From the NCBI GenBank assembly GCA_040389185.1, contig JAZKAJ010000019.1, positions 15,523 to 79,522 on the forward strand: a DNA stretch of 64,000 nt, given 5' to 3'. The number at the start of each line of letters is the position of its first letter. Positions within the stretch are counted from its first letter, which is position 1. Shown one piece after another: positions 21,832 through 31,054 of this stretch. This DNA comes from Patescibacteria group bacterium (lineage in GTDB: Bacteria; Patescibacteriota; Minisyncoccia; Phycocordibacterales; CAIRYW01). The notes beneath the pieces are model-generated. The model did not search any database, was not told the origin of the DNA, and was given only the letters and a program-made list of their open reading frames with translations. A program made the translations under genes and the position numbers.

Positions 21832-22569
21832 TTATTTCACACTAAAGTTTGCTTTGACTGTCGCAGTGATCTTCTTTTTAATAACAGAGGTATCATATGA
21901 ACCGCTGTCATCATAGTTAACGCTATTCTCTGCCGTTACCTGGAATACTCCAGAAGAAAGTGAAGTGATTTTACCTATATTTGCACCACCCGCATCTGCA
22001 ACGCTTTTGGCTCGTTCGAGCGCATTCTTTGTCGCTTCACTTAGCATATCAGCTCGGATATTCTTAAGATTATTGTAGTAATACTCAACATACTGATTGT
22101 AATCAATGTTTGAGAGATTTGTTGTTATATCTTTTGATAGCTGATCAATAGTTTTGATATCACTACTTTCAACAACAATAGTTTGGCTTAAAGTATAGCT
22201 TGTTATACCGAGCGCACAGTTCTCATACCCTTGTGATGAGAGTGCACAGTGCTGCATATTATTAAGAGTTCCGAGAGTTATTTGTGTTGTAGCGATATTA
22301 TGAGCATTGAGATAATCTTCAATTTTCTTCACAGCAGAATTCACCTGCGGAGTTCCCGCTTCAATTGTCTTTGAATCTACGTTAACTGTGATTTGCCATT
22401 TTGCAGTATCACTATCTACCACACGTTCCGCTGAACCCGTGACCGCGATAGAATCACCCTTGTTTGCAAAAGCTTTGGCGCTATAATTTAAAACAATACT
22501 GGTAATTACGATAGCAAGACCAATAATAAATGCTGGGGCAATAAGTTGATTCTTTTTTATGTTTTCCAT
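21832..22569 (-). CDS. SIMPL/DUF541-like secreted protein (N-terminal TM anchor)
   Basis: Domain pattern by recall; 245 aa. Confidence 0.4.
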   Translation of the reverse strand: MENIKKNQLIAPAFIIGLAIVITSIVLNYSAKAFANKGDSIAVTGSAERVVDSDTAKWQITVNVDSKTIEAGTPQVNSAVKKIEDYLNAHNIATTQITLGTLNNMQHCALSSQGYENCALGITSYTLSQTIVVESSDIKTIDQLSKDITTNLSNIDYNQYVEYYYNNLKNIRADMLSEATKNALERAKSVADAGGANIGKITSLSSGVFQVTAENSVNYDDSGSYDTSVIKKKITATVKANFSVK

Positions 22570-22590
22570 ATTAATTAATATTTTTAATAA

Positions 22591-22995
22591 TTACTTTCCC
22601 CTTATTCCTCCGAGTTTTAGTCTTTGTTCAATTTCAGCATTCTTCTCTCTTTTTGCTCTTCTACACTCCTGAAGAAATAAATTAAGGGCATCATTATAGT
22701 TCTCGATCTGAGCTGGACCCCAATTCAACGAATTTCCAATCCCCCAAGCAAATTCAACCGCTTCCAAATCTTGCCTTACATGCGCAGCGGTGCGGGCTTG
22801 ATGAAATAGATCAAATTCTCGATGCAATTCACGACGATAAGCGGGCCACTCTTCAACCGTAGGAATATGCGGATGACCTTCTTCAACCTCACGAAGAATT
22901 GGTTCTTCAAATGGTGTATCACCAGCAACAGGATCAACTGAAACAACTTCTAAGTTTTCTTGCAATAGTGCTACTGGATTAGTTTCTGATTCCAT
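22591..22995 (-). CDS. hypothetical protein (134 aa; composition less K/I-rich than neighbours)
   Basis: ORF only. Confidence 0.4.
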   Translation of the reverse strand: MESETNPVALLQENLEVVSVDPVAGDTPFEEPILREVEEGHPHIPTVEEWPAYRRELHREFDLFHQARTAAHVRQDLEAVEFAWGIGNSLNWGPAQIENYNDALNLFLQECRRAKREKNAEIEQRLKLGGIRGK

Positions 22996-22999
22996 ACCG

Positions 23000-23701
23000 T
23001 TATTGTATCAAACTCCCCACAAATTCCTTACCTTCAAGATAATTTTCAAGCTCACCTAGTTTCTTTCCATTAATGATTGCCACCTCAAGTCCAATACTTT
23101 CCGACTCTTTACTCGCTACAGGATCAAAGGGACTTGAGAGTCCCGGTGTCCATTTTTTTGGGATTAACTTTCGGAATTCTTTCCAAGTAATTCGTTCTAT
23201 TTTTGTCGCATCTGGGTTTGTTTTTGGATCTGCGGTATAGACATAGTCAATATTGGAAAGATTAATAAGTTTTTTGGCTTTAAATCTTTTTGCGAGGAGC
23301 ACCGCATCATGATCTGAACTAAATCCAGGTTTCCATCCACCTGCCACTATCACACTCTTTTTGAACACAAACTTTTCAAGTGGACTCTGAATGATATGAT
23401 CTTCTGCTTTTGAACCCAGCACAGCTTTGACCAAACGAGCATTCAAGCGTGTTGCATCAATACCAATCCAATCCGCATCAGCAACAGATCCACCAAGCGA
23501 ATTAGCCGCATGTTGATATTTACGACAGACTTTGCCTCCACCAGTAATGATAATAAATTTTTTACCTTTCTTTATCCCGCGAAGTATTAGATCTTTCAAA
23601 GATGAAAGAAAAACAGTATCAATCTCTTCCGGAACGATCATTGAACCTCCTACAGATACCACAACCACCTCTTCCTTTGACTTTTTTGCTGTTTTTTTCA
23701 T
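23000..23701 (-). CDS. pyrH: UMP kinase, archaeal type (amino-acid kinase fold)
   Basis: VSVGGS, IITGGGK.CRKY, GGWKPG.SSD, NIDYVYTADPKTNPDA motifs; 233 aa. Confidence 0.7.
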   Translation of the reverse strand: MKKTAKKSKEEVVVVSVGGSMIVPEEIDTVFLSSLKDLILRGIKKGKKFIIITGGGKVCRKYQHAANSLGGSVADADWIGIDATRLNARLVKAVLGSKAEDHIIQSPLEKFVFKKSVIVAGGWKPGFSSDHDAVLLAKRFKAKKLINLSNIDYVYTADPKTNPDATKIERITWKEFRKLIPKKWTPGLSSPFDPVASKESESIGLEVAIINGKKLGELENYLEGKEFVGSLIQ

Positions 23702-23787
23702 CTTTTATTTAAATTATTTGTTCTTCACACTATACCAAAAAACCTTAATTTTTGCCATTTTACAGCCCTATTGGAGTTTAGAATGGA

Positions 23788-24060
23788 ATGGTACAATTAG
23801 AACATATGCAAGAAAATCAAACACTCGGTGACGGGCAAGACATCATTAGTAATACACCAGAAATCGACCCTCGACAAAAATATGTTGAGATACGTAAAAG
23901 AATGGATGAAGTTACCTCTGAAATTAAAATGGCTGCTCAGGCAGAAGTTAAAGATATAGGAAGACTCGATGATCTTTATGCATTATTAGGAAGTCTCGGA
24001 AAAGAGCTTCATGAAATTGAATTAGACACTTTAGAAAGAGACAAATTAGAACTTGAATAG
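23788..24060 (+). CDS. hypothetical small protein (90 aa)
   Basis: ORF only. Confidence 0.35.
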   Translation: MVQLEHMQENQTLGDGQDIISNTPEIDPRQKYVEIRKRMDEVTSEIKMAAQAEVKDIGRLDDLYALLGSLGKELHEIELDTLERDKLELE

Positions 24061-24061
24061 A

Positions 24062-24637
24062 CTAGATTTTAATAGCACCCATTCGAATAATCTTCGTCTC
24101 TCCATTTTCGATCTCTACAATAGTTGATGGAACAATTGGCAGATCCCCTTTGTCCATATAAAAATCTACACTGGCTCCAAAATATTTTTGTGCCTGATTG
24201 ATGTTTTTTGATGGTCTGTCTCCTTCAGTGTTGGCACTTGGCGCCACGATCGGTCCTGTTGCAGAAATAAACTCACGAAGTTTCTTATCTTTAGGTAGCC
24301 TAAACGCGAGCTTGTTTGTCCCACGATGGAGATACTCAAACTTTTTTTGTTTGCATGGCAATATGACACTCACTTTGTTTGGCCAAAGTTTTTTGAGTTT
24401 TTTTTCCAGTTCAGTATCAATTTTAATATTAAATATATTTAGATCAGAAATTTTTGAGATAAGAATAATGAGAGGTTTGGATGGAGTTCTCTTTCGCACA
24501 ACATAGATTCGCTCTACTGCTTTTTTATTAAGTGCACTCCCAACAATCCCATACATAGTATCTGTCGGCATTACTCCAATTCCTCTTGCTTTAATTGTCT
24601 CAATTATTTCTTTCATAATTATAATTAATTCAAACAC
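24062..24637 (-). CDS. tsaC: L-threonylcarbamoyladenylate synthase (YrdC/TsaC family)
   Basis: VMPTDTMYG, RLPKD, APSANTEG motifs. Confidence 0.85.
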   Translation of the reverse strand: MFELIIIMKEIIETIKARGIGVMPTDTMYGIVGSALNKKAVERIYVVRKRTPSKPLIILISKISDLNIFNIKIDTELEKKLKKLWPNKVSVILPCKQKKFEYLHRGTNKLAFRLPKDKKLREFISATGPIVAPSANTEGDRPSKNINQAQKYFGASVDFYMDKGDLPIVPSTIVEIENGETKIIRMGAIKI

Positions 24638-24730
24638 CCCTCAAATCCCCTCTTTATCCAAAGAGGGGAAGCTAATCCGTATTTCCCCTCCCCTTTGTCC
24701 AAAGGGGAGGCTGGGAGGGGTTTGAGTTTT
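24633..24730. repeat. GC-rich palindromic intergenic repeat, copy 2 (two hairpins plus the core ggggaggctgggaggggtttgagtttt)
   Basis: Shares modules with 4376-4467. Confidence 0.6.
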
Positions 24731-24746
24731 GAATTTATTTCATTCA

Positions 24747-26028
24747 TTAGAGTTTCGCGATTAATTCCTCAATCTCCATTGTTGTACTTTCCATCCCCAT
24801 TCCACCCGCCACAATTCGTAGTATTGGCTCAGTATTTGACGATCTGATATTAACCCAAAACTCATTAAAGACAAATGTGAGTCCATCTCGCCTATCAATT
24901 CGATTTGCCCTTTTTCCTAAAGATTTTTCGACTTCAGTATAAATCACCGCCATATCTTTGCCTTCTGTTTTGATTTCTTTTGTGGTTACTATATGCTCTC
25001 CAAATTCTTTTTGCCATTCTGAAAGATTCTTTTCCATCTTTGAAATAGAATTCAAGAATGTAATCGCAGCAAATATTCCAGAATCAGCATTAAAGAACTC
25101 TTTAAAATAATAGTGTCCAGAATATTCCGCTCCAAAGTCCGCATTTTGACCTCTGAGCGTCTCTTTGATGAAATATGCACCAATTCTCGATGGTACCATT
25201 TGCTCCTCTGGAACAAGCTTCAAAAGCCTCACAGACTGATATACAAGTTCATCGAGAATGTAGGGTGGATTAAATTCGCTCTTCAGAAGCCCTACTACAA
25301 AACATGCAGGAATCATCTCTCCTCTATCATCCAAAAAGAATGCACGGTCTGCATCAGCATCAAACATTAGACCGAGATCTGCACCATTTTCAAGTATCGC
25401 TTTTTTACACTGTAGACTCGCCCCATCAAGTAATGGATTTGGTCCATGGGCTTTAAAATCAGCGTCAATCTCATCGTTTATAACAATCGCATTCACGTTT
25501 GTCTCTGCAAATAAGTCTTTTATTATCATTCCTGCAGGACCATTGGATACATCAAAAATTACTTTGAGAGGCTTACTCACATTTAACTTTTTCTTCAAAA
25601 AATCTATATAAGTATTTTTATAATCCATTTGTTTCAATAACCTTGAGTAATTCGATACCACTAAAAGGCAGCGCTTTTTCTTTGACCGCTTTGACTCCAC
25701 TGTATTCTTTTGGATTATGAGATGCGGTGATCATTACACCCCCTGAAGCCTTGAAGTGATTAACAAGAAAATAAAACATCGGGGTCGTCGAAAGACCAAC
25801 AGAAATTATTTCAAATTTTTTGTTCAAAGTTTCACCGTACGAAACGATTTCCTTTTCGAGAGTTGCTGTTAGCTCTTCGCCACCATGTCGTCCATCTCGA
25901 GCAACAACGATACTTCCAGATGGAAGAAGTATTGCGAGCGCATGGGCAATTACCGTCACAGCCTCAACATTTACATCTCTAGGATATATTCCACGAACAT
26001 CATAAGCTTTAAATATCTTTTTATTCAT
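24747..26028 (-). pseudogene. phosphoglucosamine/phosphomannomutase (alpha-D-phosphohexomutase) interrupted by a single-nucleotide frameshift near 25620-25650
   Basis: The N-terminal ORF 25618..26028 has TASHNP. The C-terminal ORF 24747..25700 has the domain II-IV pattern. The two overlap in different frames around LLK. Confidence 0.6.
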
Positions 26029-26146
26029 CCCCGTTTCGAAGCAGGTCGCGGTCGGTCCGCTTCTGCTCGGTTTAATTTATAAACGTTTTTTCTGTTCATA
26101 TTAGATTTATATTTAATTCAAATCGTGACCGCGGCTTCGAACGGGG
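26029..26146. mobile_element. MITE-like hairpin element B (variant termini ccccgtttcgaagc / gcttcgaacgggg)
   Basis: Inverted termini related to the family TIR. It abuts the ATG of the phosphohexomutase gene. Confidence 0.5.
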
Positions 26147-26407
26147 TCATCCCGTTCGAAACAGGAAGCGCTTTAATCTTGCTTTAAGATAACACTTACC
26201 TCTTCCAGATTTTAAATATAATTCTCTCGATCGAGCATCATCTTCGTTAATTGAGGCTTCATAATATACGAGTATAAACGGGCCTCTGCCTTTTGTCCAA
26301 GTCGATTCACCATTTTGATGTTGTTTAAAGCGCTTCCGTAGATCCTTTGTAAATCCAGTATAAAACTTACCATCTTTGGTACTCATTATTATGTAAGTGT
26401 AGAACAT
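26147..26407 (-). CDS. GIY-YIG nuclease domain protein (86 aa; YhbQ/COG2827-like)
   Basis: FYTYIIMS...GKFYTGFTKDLRKRFKQH...E...R.RELYLKSGRGK motif set. Confidence 0.65.
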   Translation of the reverse strand: MFYTYIIMSTKDGKFYTGFTKDLRKRFKQHQNGESTWTKGRGPFILVYYEASINEDDARSRELYLKSGRGKCYLKARLKRFLFRTG

Positions 26408-26429
26408 AACTGAGGGGTTTCGAACGGGA
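26150..26429. mobile_element. 280-bp element A with perfect 13-bp TIRs (tcccgttcgaaac / gtttcgaacggga) carrying only a GIY-YIG gene
   Basis: TIRs read directly. The left TIR encodes the C-terminal residues FLFRTG* of the nuclease. Confidence 0.6.
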
Positions 26430-26837
26430 TTAATTCCCAGGGCAAGGTGCGAATTCACAATTTGGTCCCTGTCGCCCGATATAAGATCCATCAGGACACT
26501 GTTTTGCTTCCATAGTACAAGCCACTTGATCTCCTGGTTCATCTGCAGAATGAGGTGGCGCCACTGGGTCAGGTTGACTTGGATCATAGGGAGTTTCTGT
26601 AACAGGAGTAGGATATGTATATTCGTTTCCCTCAGGCAGAGGATACGCTTTGAAATTTCCGTTAGTTGGAACAGTAATATTCATTGGTGGTCGAGGAGAA
26701 ATATCTACCGGAATGTTTCCATTATTACTATTAAAAAACGGCCTATGAAATACAACTGGCCAGAGCCAGATGATGAGATACACAATGAATATGATACCAA
26801 TGATTTGCCATATTTTGTCGTTTTCTTTCATGTTCAT
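26430..26837 (-). CDS. secreted or membrane-anchored Pro-rich protein with a Cys-rich C-terminus (135 aa)
   Basis: N-terminal TM; C-terminal CTMEAKQCPDGSY..CEFAPCPGN. Confidence 0.5.
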   Translation of the reverse strand: MNMKENDKIWQIIGIIFIVYLIIWLWPVVFHRPFFNSNNGNIPVDISPRPPMNITVPTNGNFKAYPLPEGNEYTYPTPVTETPYDPSQPDPVAPPHSADEPGDQVACTMEAKQCPDGSYIGRQGPNCEFAPCPGN

Positions 26838-26931
26838 ATTTTATCATAGGGGTAAGAAGTTATAAACTGCTTTGCATATTTTATATATATGCTATATTGA
26901 AAAAAGAAATTACCACCCCACCCTCCACACT

Positions 26932-27408
26932 ATGAAAGACCAGCTACTTGACCACCTTAATGAACACCTCCCGGCCTACGGCCTTTTTGTGCTAATTCTC
27001 CTCATTCTGATAGCAACAGGAATTGCATTCCCATTTGTAGCAGAATGGGCAGGCCTGCCCAAATGGCGCTGGCACAGAACGCAGCAAGATGAAAAGCAAT
27101 TCGGTAAACCCTTTATCCTGAAACCAGGGGAAGACAAAAACTATGAGTATTCCGATGGAACGCTCACTGTCTGGTTTACAGGGGTGAATGAGGGGATCCT
27201 ACTCATCGTTCTCACCTTCATCTTCAAAGAGAAGAGACCTGAAAAGGAAAGAAAGGGTAAAGATGACGACGGCACTATAGCAATATGTCACCGTCTCCAA
27301 CTACACCCAGGGGCAACGATTGTACCCAATCGCCTTCCCGCACAACACCACCTATCAGTTCTCTGTGAAAAGATTGGGAATGAATATCAATTCAAACTCA
27401 GCCCCTAA
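26932..27408 (+). CDS. hypothetical membrane protein
   Basis: ORF with two hydrophobic helices, followed by a terminator. Confidence 0.45.
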   Translation: MKDQLLDHLNEHLPAYGLFVLILLILIATGIAFPFVAEWAGLPKWRWHRTQQDEKQFGKPFILKPGEDKNYEYSDGTLTVWFTGVNEGILLIVLTFIFKEKRPEKERKGKDDDGTIAICHRLQLHPGATIVPNRLPAQHHLSVLCEKIGNEYQFKLSP

Positions 27409-27435
27409 ACGGATGAAGTTCATTCAAGGACCATG

Positions 27436-27476
27436 AAACCCGCGACCCATTCAATTGGTGGCGCGGGTTTTTATTT
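27436..27476 (+). terminator. hairpin aaacccgcg..cgcgggttt plus T-run
   Basis: 9-bp GC stem. Confidence 0.7.
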
Positions 27477-27502
27477 TATAGAAATTTTATTCAGCTATAA
27501 AT

Positions 27503-28135
27503 TTACAATCCAAAATGAAGATCCATCTGGTCTTGGTAATATTTTCGTACTTCAACATTCTTTATCTGATCACTTACATAATTAGAATGCCAATCCCTTT
27601 CTTTTCTTTGGCTTACTATTCTATTTGGATCTGTCACAATCTCCCCAATATCAGTCAGAATGATCTTACCCTCACTATTTAATCCAAAATTCACTGCGAT
27701 CTTGAAACTAAGATCAATAAATCCAAGCTCCATCATCTTTTTGTTTAATATTATAAATTCATCAACCAGTTTTTTGGCTTTTTCTGTATCCAAGTTATTC
27801 AATAGTTTCTGAAGTGGTACAACTTTGTCTTGAGTATAATCAAAGTTTGGCAGGAGTTCTGGATTACCAATGAGATCTTTCGGTATTTTATTTTGTCTCA
27901 ATATTTCAAATGACCGAGTCACTTCTGCCACCATTCGTTTTGATTCTTTATGGATATCGAGAAAAGACATCTCAGAATTAAATCCGATATGAAAAAATCT
28001 GTTCAAAGGAGATCTAAATTTCTTGTAGACTCTTCCGTTTCCCATATCGTATACAACATGTTGCCATCCACCGCCAAGTTTTTTCATATTCATAATTATA
28101 TTAAATATGACACACATCTGCATCATTCTTTCCAC
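27503..28135 (-). CDS. hypothetical protein with a possible atypical kinase-like fold (Gly-rich loop LGGGWQHVVYD, VYKK, DLSFK..N, ILTDIGE)
   Basis: Motif resemblance only. The likely start is an internal Met near 28087. First gene of a minus-strand operon with the Nudix array. Confidence 0.4.
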   Translation of the reverse strand: MERMMQMCVIFNIIMNMKKLGGGWQHVVYDMGNGRVYKKFRSPLNRFFHIGFNSEMSFLDIHKESKRMVAEVTRSFEILRQNKIPKDLIGNPELLPNFDYTQDKVVPLQKLLNNLDTEKAKKLVDEFIILNKKMMELGFIDLSFKIAVNFGLNSEGKIILTDIGEIVTDPNRIVSQRKERDWHSNYVSDQIKNVEVRKYYQDQMDLHFGL

Positions 28136-28148
28136 AGAATAAGGGGTT

Positions 28149-28679
28149 TTATTTTAAATAATTAGATAGTAGTTCATATTCTTCCGAACGTGGCTGAAGA
28201 TCTGTTTTTCCATCTTTAACCCATTTTTTGAAAGTGTCCAGGGATATATATTCCACCTTTTCCACTTCACCGTCACTAAATCTGAAATCTTCAATTTTTA
28301 AATCTGTTTTTAGGAGATAAATATCGTTAAATTGATTATCAATAAATGTACCACCATTTAGAATAGAACAGTTGATCACTGTACTTATAAACTTAAGATC
28401 ATCTTTCTCAATAACAATACCTAATTCTTCTTCTGATTCACGAACGGCACTTTCCAAACTTTCTTCTCCTGCAGAAATGTGTCCCGCAACAGATACATCC
28501 CATGTATTTGGATACGAGATCTTATCTTTTGATCGGAGCTGAAAAAGAATTTCATTTTTAAAATTAACGAGCCATACATGCACCGTTCGGTGCCAAAGTC
28601 CCAGAACATGGACCTCATCCTTAGATTTAATCAAACCAGTCTTATTCCCCTTTTCATCTAACACATCTAAGTATTCCAT
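28149..28679 (-). CDS. Nudix hydrolase
   Basis: GHISAGEESLESAVRESEEELG Nudix box. Confidence 0.8.
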   Translation of the reverse strand: MEYLDVLDEKGNKTGLIKSKDEVHVLGLWHRTVHVWLVNFKNEILFQLRSKDKISYPNTWDVSVAGHISAGEESLESAVRESEEELGIVIEKDDLKFISTVINCSILNGGTFIDNQFNDIYLLKTDLKIEDFRFSDGEVEKVEYISLDTFKKWVKDGKTDLQPRSEEYELLSNYLK

Positions 28680-28682
28680 AAT

Positions 28683-29174
28683 TTATCTTTCAATATTAAT
28701 ATATCTGCCAAATGTTGGAATAAAGTCTGACGGAGAATCCTTGTACCAAGTTCTTAATTCCTCAATATTTACCCAGCGAATTTCGGCCACTTCATTATCC
28801 TGTTTTTTGAACGCTTCAATTGACTTATCTACTACAACTAGAAAAGTAGTCGAGAAATACTTGTGACTTGTTTCTCTATACTCATGTGATACAAATTTTA
28901 TATCAGATTCAGAGATAATAAGACCTATCTCTTCTTCTGCCTCCTTTATGATATTAGATTCATATGTCTCCCCCTCCTCCACCGTTCCCGCAACTGCAGG
29001 ACCCCATTTGCCCGGATCTGTCTTTTTACTCATTACCCTTTGGGCAATGAGCATTTCGTTTTTTGAATTAAGTATTACAAGCCCTGATACTCTACCAATT
29101 TCAGATGGAAGTCTTTCGTTTCGAGGTCTGTAGCCGATTATCTCGTCTTTTTCGTTTACAATGATTACGTTCAT
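28683..29174 (-). CDS. Nudix hydrolase (paralog of 29179..29673)
   Basis: AGTVEEGETYESNIIKEAEEEIGL. Confidence 0.8.
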   Translation of the reverse strand: MNVIIVNEKDEIIGYRPRNERLPSEIGRVSGLVILNSKNEMLIAQRVMSKKTDPGKWGPAVAGTVEEGETYESNIIKEAEEEIGLIISESDIKFVSHEYRETSHKYFSTTFLVVVDKSIEAFKKQDNEVAEIRWVNIEELRTWYKDSPSDFIPTFGRYINIER

Positions 29175-29178
29175 ATGC

Positions 29179-29673
29179 TTATTTTTTTATATTAACATAA
29201 TACCCAAAAGTTGGAATGAAATCTTCAGGGGTGTTTTTGTACCATTCTCGAAGTTCATTCATATTTACCCAACGAATCTCTTCCACTTCTTCATCCTCCT
29301 TTTTGAATTCCGTTATTGGCTTATCAGCAATAACTGAAAATACAGTTGAGAAGTATTTAAAACTTGTTTCTTGGTATGTATGTAATACAAACTTTAAATC
29401 TGATTCCTTGATACAAAGTCCGATTTCCTCTTGTGCTTCTTTGACTATATTTGATTCATAAGTTTCACCTTCTTCAACTGTACCAGCAACAGCCAGATCC
29501 CACTTACCTGGATCATTCTTTTTGGTCATCACCCTCTTTCCCAGAAGCATTTCATTGTTTGAATTAAAAATCACGAGCCCTGCAACCCTGCTGATATCTG
29601 TGGGTAATTTCTCATTTCGAGGTTTGTATTCAATTATTTCATCCTTTTCATTAACAATGATTACATTAGGCAT
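29179..29673 (-). CDS. Nudix hydrolase (paralog of 28683..29174)
   Basis: AGTVEEGETYESNIVKEAQEEIGL; about 70% identical to its neighbour. Confidence 0.8.
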   Translation of the reverse strand: MPNVIIVNEKDEIIEYKPRNEKLPTDISRVAGLVIFNSNNEMLLGKRVMTKKNDPGKWDLAVAGTVEEGETYESNIVKEAQEEIGLCIKESDLKFVLHTYQETSFKYFSTVFSVIADKPITEFKKEDEEVEEIRWVNMNELREWYKNTPEDFIPTFGYYVNIKK

Positions 29674-29706
29674 CTTTCAATTATAGCAGAATGCGTTGGA
29701 TTTATT

Positions 29707-29746
29707 AAAAAAATACCCTAGGCTGATGCTCAGGGTATTTTTTTAA
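29707..29746. terminator. bidirectional terminator aaaaaataccctagg...cagggtattttttt
   Basis: Hairpin flanked by A-run and T-run. Confidence 0.6.
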
Positions 29747-29764
29747 AAAACTATTTCTAATAAC

Positions 29765-29950
29765 TTATTTCACCTCTGGGGCAGCGTCCCAATTCTTATG
29801 AAACTCAGTTTCCCATTCCTCGTGCTCAGTCTCTGTCATATTGGACATCTTCTCAGCAACCTCAGGATGTGACTTCATAACATGTTCAGTCATTTTTTTT
29901 TGCCATATCGCTGCTCGTTTCTGCACAGATCTCCATATCACAATCTCCAC
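29765..29950 (-). CDS. small hypothetical protein (61 aa, His/Glu/Trp-rich)
   Basis: ORF only. Confidence 0.35.
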   Translation of the reverse strand: MEIVIWRSVQKRAAIWQKKMTEHVMKSHPEVAEKMSNMTETEHEEWETEFHKNWDAAPEVK

Positions 29951-30032
29951 CCATCTCTCTACAAGTCATTGTTTTCATAATTATCTTTATATTTAGCTTA
30001 TATAAAGAAAAGACGGTCCAGGGTATTAAATA

Positions 30033-30536
30033 TTAAATTGACGCTTTATAAAAAGGTTCTGTGCCGTACTTTTCTTTGTATCTCTGCATTATTTCTTGTT
30101 GATAAGTACTAAGCTTGTCTTCTGGAATATTTTCCAGCTTCGTAAAGAAAAGTCTTGAACACTTGTCTGGTTCTTGTATAGTTGGTATGCCAGAAATAAG
30201 TCGGCAAAGATAGATTGGCAAAACCCACCAGAAATTTGGATCTTTTGTACTCGGACGAATTATAACAGTAAACAATGTGTCGATAGACACCTCAATATCT
30301 CCTACTTCTTCTTTTATTTCTCTCTGCAAAGTCTCGTACAAATCAGTCTCACCTTCATCAACAGCACCACCCACTCCTTCGAGTGTTCCCGGTTCACTTC
30401 GTACTTTTTGTCCACGCTCTTGGAGTAAGAGTTCACCATTTTCATTGAAAATAAGAGCAGCCACAGCTACTCCGTAGTTTATTGGAGCGTTCTCTTGCGA
30501 GGATACATAGCTTCTTAATTCATCTATAAATTGCAT
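30033..30536 (-). CDS. Nudix hydrolase
   Basis: GGAVDEGETDLYETLQREIKEEVG. Confidence 0.8.
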   Translation of the reverse strand: MQFIDELRSYVSSQENAPINYGVAVAALIFNENGELLLQERGQKVRSEPGTLEGVGGAVDEGETDLYETLQREIKEEVGDIEVSIDTLFTVIIRPSTKDPNFWWVLPIYLCRLISGIPTIQEPDKCSRLFFTKLENIPEDKLSTYQQEIMQRYKEKYGTEPFYKASI

Positions 30537-30550
30537 ACTTTCTATATATT

Positions 30551-31042
30551 TTAAGAGTTTAAATCACAAACCTTAGTTTTTTTATCCAAATCTTCTTGAT
30601 CAAGAAGATAAATTCCGTGTTTGCCTGGAAGTGTGTAAATCGTTGTGTGCGGTACAGGAGGTAAAATATTTAATCCAAATTTTTTATTTACTAAATCATA
30701 AAAATCAGAAATATTTGAAGATTTACACATAACAACGACAGATTTTCGATCGTTACCCTCAACATATCTGTATTCATCACCAAATTCAACCTCTATATCA
30801 TTATTGATCAAAAATTCTGTGAGCATTCCCTGAATATCATCTTCAGTTAAGCTAAGTTCATACTTCTCATTAATTTCATTAACAGGAAAAAGACTTATGT
30901 GATAAATATCTTTCAGTACAAGTTCAACGCCTTTAATGGAAAGTTTCTCTGGATACTCTCTTGGCAAATCAGTCTTTTCAATCCTAAGTGCCAGGGTTTT
31001 ATTTTGACTAAAGAAACATTTTTCTGAATTAAAGATAGGCAT
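30551..31042 (-). CDS. hypothetical protein (163 aa)
   Basis: ORF packed into the operon. Confidence 0.45.
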   Translation of the reverse strand: MPIFNSEKCFFSQNKTLALRIEKTDLPREYPEKLSIKGVELVLKDIYHISLFPVNEINEKYELSLTEDDIQGMLTEFLINNDIEVEFGDEYRYVEGNDRKSVVVMCKSSNISDFYDLVNKKFGLNILPPVPHTTIYTLPGKHGIYLLDQEDLDKKTKVCDLNS

Positions 31043-31054
31043 AATAGAAAATAT

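Noticed and set aside
26150-26162. ttcgaacggga / cccgttcgaaa termini interpreted as tRNA T-loop remnants
   Set aside because: The flanking bases do not form a T-stem. The motif behaves as a terminal inverted repeat of a repeated element instead.
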